From contig DAOVJY010000002.1 in NCBI GenBank assembly GCA_030632085.1, positions 77,325-141,324 on the forward strand: DNA of 64,000 nt. The letters run 5' to 3'. Below the pieces are notes generated by a model. It had not been told where the DNA came from. It was given only the letters and a program-made list of their open reading frames with translations, and did no database searches. Positions within the stretch are counted from its first letter, which is position 1, and each line of letters opens with the position of its first letter. A program made the translations under genes and the position numbers. Below, in pieces: positions 7,915 to 17,190 of this stretch. This DNA comes from Candidatus Omnitrophota bacterium (lineage in GTDB: Bacteria; Omnitrophota; Gorgyraeia; JAGLLT01).

Positions 7915-10344
7915 ATGTTAGTAAATTTAAAAAAGAGAAAAGGTATTGCCCTGCCCCTCATCATAGGTATCATTGCTCTTTTGGTTATTATTGTAATGGG
8001 CTTAATAGTTGCTTTGAAGTATGAAACGATAAGCGTCATAGTATCTTCAGATCTACAAAAGGCCGCTTATCTTGCTGATTGCGGAATTAATAAGGCGATC
8101 GCTGGATTAAAAACAAAGGCAGGAAGTGATTTTATCTGGAGTGTAAATGATACAGGTCTAGATGATACTGATTGGTATGACGGATATAGCTGTAGTACCT
8201 TATTAAGTAATCTGGGTTCATATAATGCTAATATTATAGATTGTTCGAATCAGATATATGTTAATGGTGATAATACCGGTGATAGATTAGAAGATATGTT
8301 AAATATCTTAGGCGGAAATATTGGAGGAGGCTGTAGCGGCGATGAAGGAACCAAGATTATTAACAATCGCCCGACAGCCGGCTACGAGACCAAGAAACAG
8401 CTAAGAATTGCCTTAACCGACGGTGAATATAACGCTATTAAAGATTATGTGACAATCTGTAGCTATGTAAATAGTTCGTTTAACCGGGCCCCTATAAATG
8501 TCAATACGGCAAAGCAAGCTGTTTTAGAGACCGTCTTAGAGGGCATATCGGGTATCTCAGATGGGCAAGCAGCTACAGCCGCTAACGCCATTATGAATGG
8601 AAGCGATAAAAGGCCTTTTTCTGATTGGAGCGGTTTTGATACTTGCATAGACGGCACTCTTTTAACTTTAGGCGAGAAACAGTCTATCAAAGATAACTGT
8701 AATCCTAACTCTACCGCCTGGAACAGCACTACTGGAGCATATGAACACACTTCGGATACAACAGAATTCTGTTTTCACGCTGGAGGGTATTTTGAGATAG
8801 AGTCAGAAGGCACCTTTTATCAATCCGCCGCCCAAAGTATTATTCTTGCCCGGAAAAACATTGCTACTATAGTTCATACTCATAGTGTATTTAATAAAAC
8901 TACTAAAGCCGATTTTACCGCGGGGGATACCAATTTTGACGGAACAGAAGATATCGCGGGAGAAGGTGTACCTATCTATGGAAATGTCAACTGGCTTGAT
9001 TCTTGCCCTGTTGATTCGAGTGATGAAACTGGATTGTATTCTGATGAAGCTGCGGGAATATATGATGTAGATGAGACTGATAAATGCAAACCTTTATATG
9101 ATGTTATTCCCGGCTCAATAAAATTAGGTTTTTGGGATAATTGTGATGAGGAGAATGATAATACCGCTCAAACAGGTTGGAGCTGGGAGCACTGGATAGA
9201 TTCTGAAAGCGGCTCTCTTGCAATAGTTGACCGTGATTCAGATGGTGATTATGAATTGAGCTCGACTTCCAGCAACTCAGATTCTCATCTAGATCTTCTT
9301 GGGGTTCAACCCGACCAGTGGAATTGCGGCCAGAAATTCTCAATTAGATTATACGCTCATTTATATGAAGAAAAACCTCACCCATATATAGTTGCGGATA
9401 GTAGGCGATGGGGCGAGATTTATGAAGACGAGCAGCAGATAGAATTTGTCGGGATAGGCGGAACACCTGATATGCATAAGATGTTTGTAAGTCAGTTTAG
9501 ATGTGTATACTGGGGTGGTCCGGTGGATATAAGCGGCGGCGGATTGAACCCACCCGATGATTTTTTAGATACTATGCTTAGAATGATTTGGGATGGCGGC
9601 GGCGGAGAGCACTATGTTTATATGCATGATTTATATAGTTTACCTATTAATAGTGCTACATTACCCGCAGATGGTAATCGTATCCTTCCCTGGAATGTTG
9701 CTATGAGATTAGTTGTTGATGGAAGTGGTGACGGTAATTATACGGCATACCTCGCGGTTGATGACGGAGGCGCTTATCATGAATGGTATGCAGGAGATGG
9801 GGGCGAGTGGATTCCATGGAGCTGGCGGATTCATATGGTGAAGTATGACGCGGATGACCATGACTTCCATATCATGACAGATGTAGGCGATACTGACAGA
9901 TATGATTGTATGAATCATGACCAATCAGTCAATAAGTTTATAAAGACTGATTGGTTTCTACGCTTAAGAAATGATGTCCCAAGTTACAGCCGCTATCCAA
10001 TATGGGATGATGTCCGTATTATTCCTGATGAGGGATATTATCAATCACCTCAGTATAGTCCGACAGGAGGTTCTAATGTTGAATGGGGAGCTATAAACTG
10101 GACACTGACCATGCCAGATTCTGCAAGTTCTTCTTCAGAGACAGCTGAGGTTGAAGTTGATACAGGCAGTGGTTTTAGTCCAGTGAGCCAGAATGGTAGT
10201 ATAAATGCGGCTGCATCGAGTAATATAAAATATAAAGTTACTTTAAAATCAACCGATACAACTCATAAAGAAACACCTGTATTTGAGGATATAACGGTGA
10301 TTTATTTGCCGCAAACGAAAGTATTGTACCGGAGTGGGCAATAA
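7915..10344 (+). CDS. Giant GspK/PilX-like pseudopilin, putative pilus-tip protein
   Basis: Uncleaved hydrophobic N-terminus KGIALPLIIGIIALLVIIVMGLIVAL and a GspK-type HhH-like motif NVNTAKQAVLETVLEGISGIS. It occupies the GspK slot after the I/J-like genes. The central insertion of several hundred residues, rich in Cys, Asp and Gly, is unusual. ATG 7915 with SD AAGGTGG is preferred over GTG 7906. Confidence 0.55.
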   Translation: MLVNLKKRKGIALPLIIGIIALLVIIVMGLIVALKYETISVIVSSDLQKAAYLADCGINKAIAGLKTKAGSDFIWSVNDTGLDDTDWYDGYSCSTLLSNLGSYNANIIDCSNQIYVNGDNTGDRLEDMLNILGGNIGGGCSGDEGTKIINNRPTAGYETKKQLRIALTDGEYNAIKDYVTICSYVNSSFNRAPINVNTAKQAVLETVLEGISGISDGQAATAANAIMNGSDKRPFSDWSGFDTCIDGTLLTLGEKQSIKDNCNPNSTAWNSTTGAYEHTSDTTEFCFHAGGYFEIESEGTFYQSAAQSIILARKNIATIVHTHSVFNKTTKADFTAGDTNFDGTEDIAGEGVPIYGNVNWLDSCPVDSSDETGLYSDEAAGIYDVDETDKCKPLYDVIPGSIKLGFWDNCDEENDNTAQTGWSWEHWIDSESGSLAIVDRDSDGDYELSSTSSNSDSHLDLLGVQPDQWNCGQKFSIRLYAHLYEEKPHPYIVADSRRWGEIYEDEQQIEFVGIGGTPDMHKMFVSQFRCVYWGGPVDISGGGLNPPDDFLDTMLRMIWDGGGGEHYVYMHDLYSLPINSATLPADGNRILPWNVAMRLVVDGSGDGNYTAYLAVDDGGAYHEWYAGDGGEWIPWSWRIHMVKYDADDHDFHIMTDVGDTDRYDCMNHDQSVNKFIKTDWFLRLRNDVPSYSRYPIWDDVRIIPDEGYYQSPQYSPTGGSNVEWGAINWTLTMPDSASSSSETAEVEVDTGSGFSPVSQNGSINAAASSNIKYKVTLKSTDTTHKETPVFEDITVIYLPQTKVLYRSGQ

Positions 10345-10355
10345 AGGAGCAGGAT

Positions 10356-11453
10356 ATGAAATCTACAATTGTTATTCTGATAACGGTTATTTTTTTATTT
10401 ATGATAAGTCCCTGTTTCGCAAGCTTGCCAATAGATGAAGCCGTTGATGAATTTAGTCAAAGGCTGGGTAAGATTACAAGCGATGGTATAGATAAAGATG
10501 ATGCTGAAGATTATTTTGAGTTGGGTAAATTCTGTATAAAAAACGGCTTACTTGAACGCGCTAAGGTTATTTTAGAAAAAGCGGCCGGCCTCGATCCAAA
10601 ATATCAAGATAGAGTAGAACATCTTTTGGCTGATATAAAGGATAAAGAAGAGCGGGGTAAGGATTTAGGATTAATTTATTCTGCATATGATGATTACAAC
10701 TTAGGATATTACGGTGAGGCAAAGATAAAGCTTGAAGAGTTGATAGAGAAATATGAAGAAAGTGAATATGTCAATAAGGCAGAGAATCTTCTTGATGAAA
10801 TGAAAAATAAAACAGAAGATAAGCCCTTTCTTTTAACTCCTGTTACAGATAATCCGATGGAATTTAGAAAGTTTATCACCGATATTATAAAAGAAAAAGC
10901 AAAAGAGCGGAATTGTGATGTGAAAGAAATTGATGTATCAAAGGTAAAAGAGGAATATCTATCAAACCTCATTAAAAAGGCCGAATATTTTATCTCTGAC
11001 ATGACAGCCAAGAGCAACGGAGAAAGCTTAAACCAGGATTACCTTTTTTTTGCAATGAAGTGTACAGAGGTAGTTTTCAAATTGTCAGAAAATGAAAAAT
11101 TAAAAGAGAAAACAAAAGACATTCAAACCGAAGCCGCGAACAAGTTATTTACCGAGTACCCGTTGCCGGCTGATATAAAAAATCTGGATTTATATTATAA
11201 GAGGCTGCAGTTAGTAGATAATAAAGAAATTATTAAGAATATATGCGAGAAATATCTTAAACTTGGCAATGTTTATCTTGAAAGAGCCAATGAATCAGAG
11301 GGCCGGAAAAAGATTGATTATTTGGTCAAAGCTTATGATGTATTTGCGATGGTTAAAGATTACGCGAAATCCGATGAGATTAAGAATAAGGCCTTTAGAA
11401 AAATAAAATTGATTCAAAAAGAGAAGAGGAAAGAAGTAAGAAAATTAAGATAA
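10356..11453 (+). CDS. Secreted helical TPR-like protein, possible PilF-like pilotin
   Basis: Signal peptide MKSTIVILITVIFLFMISPCFA; helical, repeat-like composition. It lies inside the pilus locus. Confidence 0.35.
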   Translation: MKSTIVILITVIFLFMISPCFASLPIDEAVDEFSQRLGKITSDGIDKDDAEDYFELGKFCIKNGLLERAKVILEKAAGLDPKYQDRVEHLLADIKDKEERGKDLGLIYSAYDDYNLGYYGEAKIKLEELIEKYEESEYVNKAENLLDEMKNKTEDKPFLLTPVTDNPMEFRKFITDIIKEKAKERNCDVKEIDVSKVKEEYLSNLIKKAEYFISDMTAKSNGESLNQDYLFFAMKCTEVVFKLSENEKLKEKTKDIQTEAANKLFTEYPLPADIKNLDLYYKRLQLVDNKEIIKNICEKYLKLGNVYLERANESEGRKKIDYLVKAYDVFAMVKDYAKSDEIKNKAFRKIKLIQKEKRKEVRKLR

Positions 11454-11637
11454 ATAAATATAAGTTTAAACATTTTCTATAATAAAAAAAAGTTACCGGA
11501 ATTTTAAAGGGAATCAATTTTCTGTTGCTAAAATATACCCCCGTTTTCGGTGTTCAAAAAGCAGTGAATTTCTTAAGCGCATGCGTGAATGTGAAACGTT
11601 GATGAAATAGCGCCTCCCATCTAATAACCAATTTAAA

Positions 11638-11666
11638 TGTTGATTAACAAAAGAGTTTATTGTATA
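11638..11666 (+). promoter_or_regulatory. Sigma-70-type promoter TTGATT-N17-TATAAT upstream of pilM
   Basis: -35 at 11638-11643, a 17-nt spacer and -10 TATAAT at 11661-11666; pilM starts at 11717. Confidence 0.5.
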
Positions 11667-11716
11667 ATTACATTGATTTGTTTTAGCGATTAACACTTTG
11701 GAGATGATATAAACAA

Positions 11717-13375
11717 ATGGCAATTAAGAATTTAATCGGGCTAGATATAGGCCATAGCGCGGTCAAGTTAATAAAATTTAAGAAAGTCCGCAATAAAATA
11801 CAGCTTGAGAAGGCCCGAGTGGTTGAACTGCAAGATGGTGTTTCCCCTTCAGCGGCAATAGCCGCGCTTTTTAAAAGTGAACGATTAGGCGCTTGCAAAA
11901 TAGCTATATCCGTTTCAGGCCAGTCTGTTTTTACGCGCTATACAAAGCTTCCTAAAATATCCCAGAAAAAGATTGAACAAGTAGTTAAATATGAAGCCCA
12001 GCAGCAGATTCCTTTTCCGATTGATAAGGTTGTTTGGGATTATCAGCTATTTAAAATATCTAAAGGCTCTCAGTTGGAAGTTTTTCTGGCTGCCGTTAAG
12101 AAAGACATTATAGATAATTTATATCGCCAGGTAAACGCGATTAAAGGAGCTGAAGTTGTTTCTGTGCAGCCCGCGCCGGTAGCTCTTTATAATATACTTA
12201 ATTTTAATAAAGAAATAAACGATAAAACGGTTATTTTAGATATTGGAGCTAATGTTACCAGCGCTATCATTGCTAAAGGCAGGCAGTTGTGGATAAGAAG
12301 TATACCTATGGGCGGGGCCGAGTTAACCAGGGTTATAGGTGAAAGCCTGGCTTTAAAACCTCAGGAAGCGGAGATTTTAAAACGTAAAGAAGGTATCGTG
12401 TTGGCGGGTGTTACCGGTGATGAAGACCTGACTCCAAGGTCAGACGCGATTTCAAAGGCTATTAGTCCCGTGTTAAGTGAACTTTTATCGGAAGTTTCAC
12501 GTTCTATTAGTTATTATAAATCTCAATTTGATAAAGAAGCGGTTTTTGAGAAAGTGCTGCTGACAGGCGGCGGTTCTAAGATACGTTATATCGAAAGATT
12601 TTTTGAAGCTAACCTGAAGATAAAGACAGAAAAAGTCAATCTTTTTAAAAATTTAACCACTAATAAATACGTAAAAGCTAACATTGATGACATTGATGAT
12701 CGCTTGGCGGTTGCTATGGGCTTAGCCCTCCCGGGAGTAGAAACGCCGACTATTAATTTAAATTTGATTTCTGATCAACAAAGGAAGCTCAAAGACTTTT
12801 CAAAGAAGAAAGTATATATTACCAGCTCCGCGTTAATTGCTCTCGGTATTTTTGCCATGCTGAGTTTATGCAATGCGCAGGGAGTGAATTCAGCTGCCGG
12901 CAATCTTAAAGCTATATCTCTTGAAATGAATAAATACCGTGATAATCAAGTAACAATAAATGAGTTGCAAAACAGTATCAAGGCTGTAAAACTAAAGTTA
13001 AACTTTTTAGGAGATATTACTAAAGACAGAACAATCTGGCTGAATATATTATCAAGAATAAACGGTTCTTTGCCGGGGGATACTTGGTTAATCAGGTTTA
13101 GCACCGACGCGAATGAACCTAATATTATTATTTTAGAAGGTAAAACAACCGGCCCTTTTGATACAATTAAAAACTTCGGGGAAAAGCTTCTTAGCCTTGG
13201 GTTTTTTTCCGGCGTTGAAACTTTGCGGGCTGACAGGCCGTCGGCTGAAGAAGAAGAGTTAGGCGAGCCGTACAATATAGTGTTTACTTTAAAGTTGATG
13301 TTGAAAAACCCGGCTTCTAATTTTTTCATAAGAAAAGAACCTGTAGCCGCGGAAAACAAAAGAATTAAAAGATGA
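11717..13375 (+). CDS. pilMN: PilM-PilN fusion protein (actin-like ATPase fused to a TM coiled-coil domain)
   Basis: N-terminus LIGLDIGHSAVKLIK is a PilM/FtsA-like fold. An internal TM helix VYITSSALIALGIFAMLSLC at about aa 365 is followed by a PilN-like periplasmic region. Confidence 0.75.
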   Translation: MAIKNLIGLDIGHSAVKLIKFKKVRNKIQLEKARVVELQDGVSPSAAIAALFKSERLGACKIAISVSGQSVFTRYTKLPKISQKKIEQVVKYEAQQQIPFPIDKVVWDYQLFKISKGSQLEVFLAAVKKDIIDNLYRQVNAIKGAEVVSVQPAPVALYNILNFNKEINDKTVILDIGANVTSAIIAKGRQLWIRSIPMGGAELTRVIGESLALKPQEAEILKRKEGIVLAGVTGDEDLTPRSDAISKAISPVLSELLSEVSRSISYYKSQFDKEAVFEKVLLTGGGSKIRYIERFFEANLKIKTEKVNLFKNLTTNKYVKANIDDIDDRLAVAMGLALPGVETPTINLNLISDQQRKLKDFSKKKVYITSSALIALGIFAMLSLCNAQGVNSAAGNLKAISLEMNKYRDNQVTINELQNSIKAVKLKLNFLGDITKDRTIWLNILSRINGSLPGDTWLIRFSTDANEPNIIILEGKTTGPFDTIKNFGEKLLSLGFFSGVETLRADRPSAEEEELGEPYNIVFTLKLMLKNPASNFFIRKEPVAAENKRIKR

Positions 13376-14160
13376 AATTTTTTAAAGAACTGCTTCAGAG
13401 AAATTTAATATTTTTTATTGTAACAGCCTTACTGTTATTAGTGGTTGTTGCCGCCGGGGTTAATTTTGCTTCCGGCCTTGGAAAGAAATATTCCCTGGAC
13501 GGTAAAATCCAAAAAGAAATGCGGCTTTTAGATAATTTCAAAACGATAAAGGACGCGGCTCCAACTTTAAAATGGATAGATTATCTATCTAAAAAAGAAA
13601 AGCTTTTTGGTAAAATATATGTTGATGCCGGCTTACTGTATGATAAGCCGGCGTCTTTTATGCCAAAAGATATTATTGAACCTTTAAAATTCAAGGAAAA
13701 GATTTTTAAAAAGCAGAAGGAGATGCGTAAAAAGGCGTATTCCAGCCAGCTTGAATTAAAAGAAGAGGCTGTATCTTTTGGTTTTAAGGAATATGAAACC
13801 AAGATACCAACTGAAGCCGAAGTTCCAAATTTGACAAAAAAATTGGATATTATTCAAGAAGTAGTAAATCTTATGTGCCTCAGTCATATTGAGACCTTAT
13901 CTTCAGTTGAGTTTCTAACTCATAGAGATGACAAGTTGGAGACTATTCGGGGTAATATCAATTACAGAGTTTTTTCTTTAAGGCTTAGCGCAACCTCATC
14001 CGTGAAAAAATTGGTTGATTTATTATTCAAAATATCAACGTCGGATTATATATTTATAACCGAAGAATTAAATATCGCACAATCGGAAGATTTTAAGGAA
14101 AAAATAAATTCAAGTTTTGTTATTTCGTGCATAGTACTTATGGAGAGCGATGAAAAGTAA
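13372..14160 (+). CDS. PilO-like inner-membrane pilus assembly protein
   Basis: Single N-terminal TM helix LIFFIVTALLLLVVVAAGV followed by a soluble domain. Its position after pilMN and 4-nt overlaps with both neighbours support the call. Confidence 0.45.
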   Translation: MKFFKELLQRNLIFFIVTALLLLVVVAAGVNFASGLGKKYSLDGKIQKEMRLLDNFKTIKDAAPTLKWIDYLSKKEKLFGKIYVDAGLLYDKPASFMPKDIIEPLKFKEKIFKKQKEMRKKAYSSQLELKEEAVSFGFKEYETKIPTEAEVPNLTKKLDIIQEVVNLMCLSHIETLSSVEFLTHRDDKLETIRGNINYRVFSLRLSATSSVKKLVDLLFKISTSDYIFITEELNIAQSEDFKEKINSSFVISCIVLMESDEK

Positions 14161-14836
14161 TCCCTTATTATCCAATATAGAAAAAATAGTTTTCGGACTC
14201 TTGATTCTCATTTCATTAATTGTTATTGTAATCTATCAAGGGCGTATTTATATTAAAGATGAAACTATCAAAAATAAAATAGCCGGAGTTAAATTTAATT
14301 TACCTCCTGAAAAAATTGAAGGCGTTAAAGAATATAATGACTTAATCGCGCGGCTTAAGCGGTTAGATAGTTTTAGTAAATATGAAATCTATCTCGCGAG
14401 AAACGGTTTTCTGAAATATATTAAGCCGGTGCCCGAGATACCTCCATTTGAATTAAAGGCTGTCCGTAAAAAATATCTGGATGTGGAATATAGGGGTTTT
14501 ATAGAGTCTCTTTCGGGTACCGTTGCCCAGTTAAAGGTGAAAAACAGATCTTACTTCGTTAAAGAAGGCGATGAAATTGATGGCTATACAGTTAAAAAAG
14601 TATGTAATGATTATATGCTCATTAAAGATGGGGCCGGCGTTGAATACATATTGCCTTTAGGAGAAAAGATTTTAAGTAATGATTATGAGGCCGCGCTTTA
14701 CGTAAGTAAAACACATAAGACGGTTAAGGTAAAATTGGGTGATATTGTAAATGGCTTCAAAGTACTTGACATTTCACCTGAGAATGTGGTATTATATAAC
14801 CAAACTTATAATAAAAAACTAATTGTAGAGAAGTAA
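14150..14836 (+). CDS. PilP-like pilus assembly protein (putative)
   Basis: N-terminal TM helix IVFGLLILISLIVIVIY and a beta-rich C-terminal region. Its position between pilO and the secretin genes supports the call. Confidence 0.35.
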   Translation: MKSNPLLSNIEKIVFGLLILISLIVIVIYQGRIYIKDETIKNKIAGVKFNLPPEKIEGVKEYNDLIARLKRLDSFSKYEIYLARNGFLKYIKPVPEIPPFELKAVRKKYLDVEYRGFIESLSGTVAQLKVKNRSYFVKEGDEIDGYTVKKVCNDYMLIKDGAGVEYILPLGEKILSNDYEAALYVSKTHKTVKVKLGDIVNGFKVLDISPENVVLYNQTYNKKLIVEK

Positions 14837-14891
14837 CATAAGTGTGGACACAAGATGTTGCGATTAAGCTACTAAAAAAAGGAGAGTCTCA

Positions 14892-16001
14892 ATGTGCAGG
14901 CTTCTTAAAAAATTTACTGTATTAATTTGCTTAACTATAGTAATAGTCTTTGCTCTCAATAATATAGCCTATTCTCGAAGCAAAACAGACGCTGAAGATT
15001 TAGCCAAAAAGCTTGCTGTGCAGAAGAAGCTGGAGCAGGAAGAAAACGAGATATTGATAGATGGCCGTAATCAACGGGGCATTTATTATTTCAACAAAGG
15101 ATATTATAATGAAGCTATTCAGCAGTTTCATTTAGCCCTAGAGCTTGATCCCGGTAGTGCCGTAGCCAATGAATATCTCAATAAGGCATTGGAAAAACTT
15201 AGCAAGTCGGCTAAGAAGCATTATAAAAAGGGTGTGGCTTACTATAATAAGGGAGAAATGCAGAAATGTATTGATGAAATGTCTATGATACCCGTATGTT
15301 CTTCTTATTATCAAAAAGCGCAAGAGTATATTACATATTCTGATGAAGTATTGACCGAAGGTGCCGTTTATGGAATAAATAGCCCTAAAGCCGGAACACA
15401 GCACATTAAAGATCAAATGAGGCAAATGGACTCAGAGAAAGAGTTAGTTATGCTGCGCAAAAAAGCTCACGAGCAGCAACTCATGCTTGAAGTAGATTCA
15501 GCCTATTTACCCCCGGAATCATATGAAGAAGCAGCGGAGGAAGAAGCTATAAGCGCTGAAGAAATAGAAGAGCAGCAAAGAGAAGAAGCTCAGAAAAGAT
15601 TGCGGGCTAAGATGAATGAAAACATTGTTCCCGCTTTAAGTTTAAGTGATGCCGATATCAGAGATGTTATCAGGGAATTAGTTAAATTAACCGGTGTTAA
15701 TATCATTCTTGATGAAGGAGCTCTAAAGAAGGCATTAGAAGCCGGCATTATGACAGTGTCGTTTACTACCGTTACCCCCATGCCGCTTTTAGACTTATTA
15801 GATATTGCTTTAAAAACTTCCGATTTAACTTATAAAATGGAACCTACATATATATGGATCTCAGATAAAGAAACTATATATAAAGAAAACTTAGTCGTTA
15901 GGACTTATAAGCTTAAATATGGAGTAAGAAGCACTAGAAGTGTGCAGCTTACTCAATTTGGTGATGACGTGGATGATGACTTTGGTGATGATGATTTTTA
16001 A
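14892..16001 (+). CDS. Secreted TPR protein carrying a secretin/TonB N0-like (STN) domain with an acidic C-terminal tail
   Basis: Signal peptide and a TPR region (YFNKGYYNEAIQQFHLALELDP). The segment DADIRDVIRELVKLTGVNIILDEG...TVSFTTVTPMPLLDLLDIALKTSDLTYK matches the N0 domain of PilQ/GspD. The protein ends DDVDDDFGDDDF. Confidence 0.6.
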   Translation: MCRLLKKFTVLICLTIVIVFALNNIAYSRSKTDAEDLAKKLAVQKKLEQEENEILIDGRNQRGIYYFNKGYYNEAIQQFHLALELDPGSAVANEYLNKALEKLSKSAKKHYKKGVAYYNKGEMQKCIDEMSMIPVCSSYYQKAQEYITYSDEVLTEGAVYGINSPKAGTQHIKDQMRQMDSEKELVMLRKKAHEQQLMLEVDSAYLPPESYEEAAEEEAISAEEIEEQQREEAQKRLRAKMNENIVPALSLSDADIRDVIRELVKLTGVNIILDEGALKKALEAGIMTVSFTTVTPMPLLDLLDIALKTSDLTYKMEPTYIWISDKETIYKENLVVRTYKLKYGVRSTRSVQLTQFGDDVDDDFGDDDF

Positions 16002-16014
16002 CCTATAAAAGGCT

Positions 16015-17190
16015 ATGATAAGAAGAAAAATATTTATTATTATTCTGTTAGTATTAGTTTCAAGTAATGTTTGCTACGCGCAGGAAGGCATGAGTGTTAA
16101 GGAGTATTTAGAAGAAGCCCTTCCTTCTCAAGCCGGCAGAAAAATAGTTCTTGATAGAACTAGCGGTATTCTAACTGTAACCGATACTCCCTCTAATCAC
16201 AAACTTATCAGGCGTTTGATTGGGGAATTTGATGTTGGCCCGACTCAGGTTATGATTGAGGCTCGTTTTGTTGAGGTAAAAATTAACAATTTAGAAGAGT
16301 TGGGTACAGAGTTTTACTGGTACCAGCAAGGTGACGCTTCGGATGGTAGGATATTTAGAAGCCTTGAGGTGGGAGATGCTCCCGGTTTATATGATAGAGG
16401 CGCGTCGAGTTTCAGTGAGAGTTTAGAGACAACTGCCGACGGTATTCAATGGGGCTCTTACGATTCATCAGGTAATTACGAAGGTTTTCCGGCTGAAGGA
16501 TATGGAGCTGATTTTTTCTTTGGAAAAACCGGGTATGATGGAAATTTCTTAAGAGCTTATATACATGCTTTGGAAGAAAAAGGCAAGGCTAATACTCTTT
16601 CAGCTCCAAAGATTATGACAATGGCGGGCCAAATGGCTACTATGGAAGTTACCAGAACTTTTCCTTACGTAAGCAAGGTTGAACTTGAAAACCAAGGAAC
16701 TGCTGATGACCCGATTTGGAACTTAAAAACAACTATAGAAGAAAAGACTATTGGTATTTCACTGGAAGTTACTCCTCATGTGGCTTCCGGAAGCAAATTT
16801 ATAACTTTAGATTTACATCCTGAAGTTAATGTTTTATTAGATCAAAGGTCGATAAGACCATCTGTTGAAACAACATATTTTGATTTTGAGGATGGCGAGT
16901 ATATTTATTGGTCGAGGACTGTCCCAGGTATTCCAGATTCTGTAGGTTGGCCGACAGTAGATACCAGGTCTACGCAGACAACCGTAGTTACTCAAAGCGG
17001 CAGGACAATAATACTTGGCGGCATGATACGAGAAGAAGAGTCTGTAACGAACAAAAGCATTCCTATATTAGGAAGTATTCCCATATTAGGAAATTTGTTC
17101 AAATATAAACATGTTGAGAAGGAAAAAACAAATTTACTTATTTTTATTACCGCGACATTAATATCACCTGAAGGTGAAGAGATTAAATAA
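16015..17190 (+). CDS. Short secretin (PilQ/GspD family core), paralog 1
   Basis: Signal peptide; N1/KH-like domain (VMIEARFVEV); secretin C-domain motifs LSAPKIMTMAGQMATMEV and IPILGSIPILGNLFKYKHVEKEKTNLLIFITATLI. Only 391 aa, with no N0 domain. Confidence 0.85.
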   Translation: MIRRKIFIIILLVLVSSNVCYAQEGMSVKEYLEEALPSQAGRKIVLDRTSGILTVTDTPSNHKLIRRLIGEFDVGPTQVMIEARFVEVKINNLEELGTEFYWYQQGDASDGRIFRSLEVGDAPGLYDRGASSFSESLETTADGIQWGSYDSSGNYEGFPAEGYGADFFFGKTGYDGNFLRAYIHALEEKGKANTLSAPKIMTMAGQMATMEVTRTFPYVSKVELENQGTADDPIWNLKTTIEEKTIGISLEVTPHVASGSKFITLDLHPEVNVLLDQRSIRPSVETTYFDFEDGEYIYWSRTVPGIPDSVGWPTVDTRSTQTTVVTQSGRTIILGGMIREEESVTNKSIPILGSIPILGNLFKYKHVEKEKTNLLIFITATLISPEGEEIK

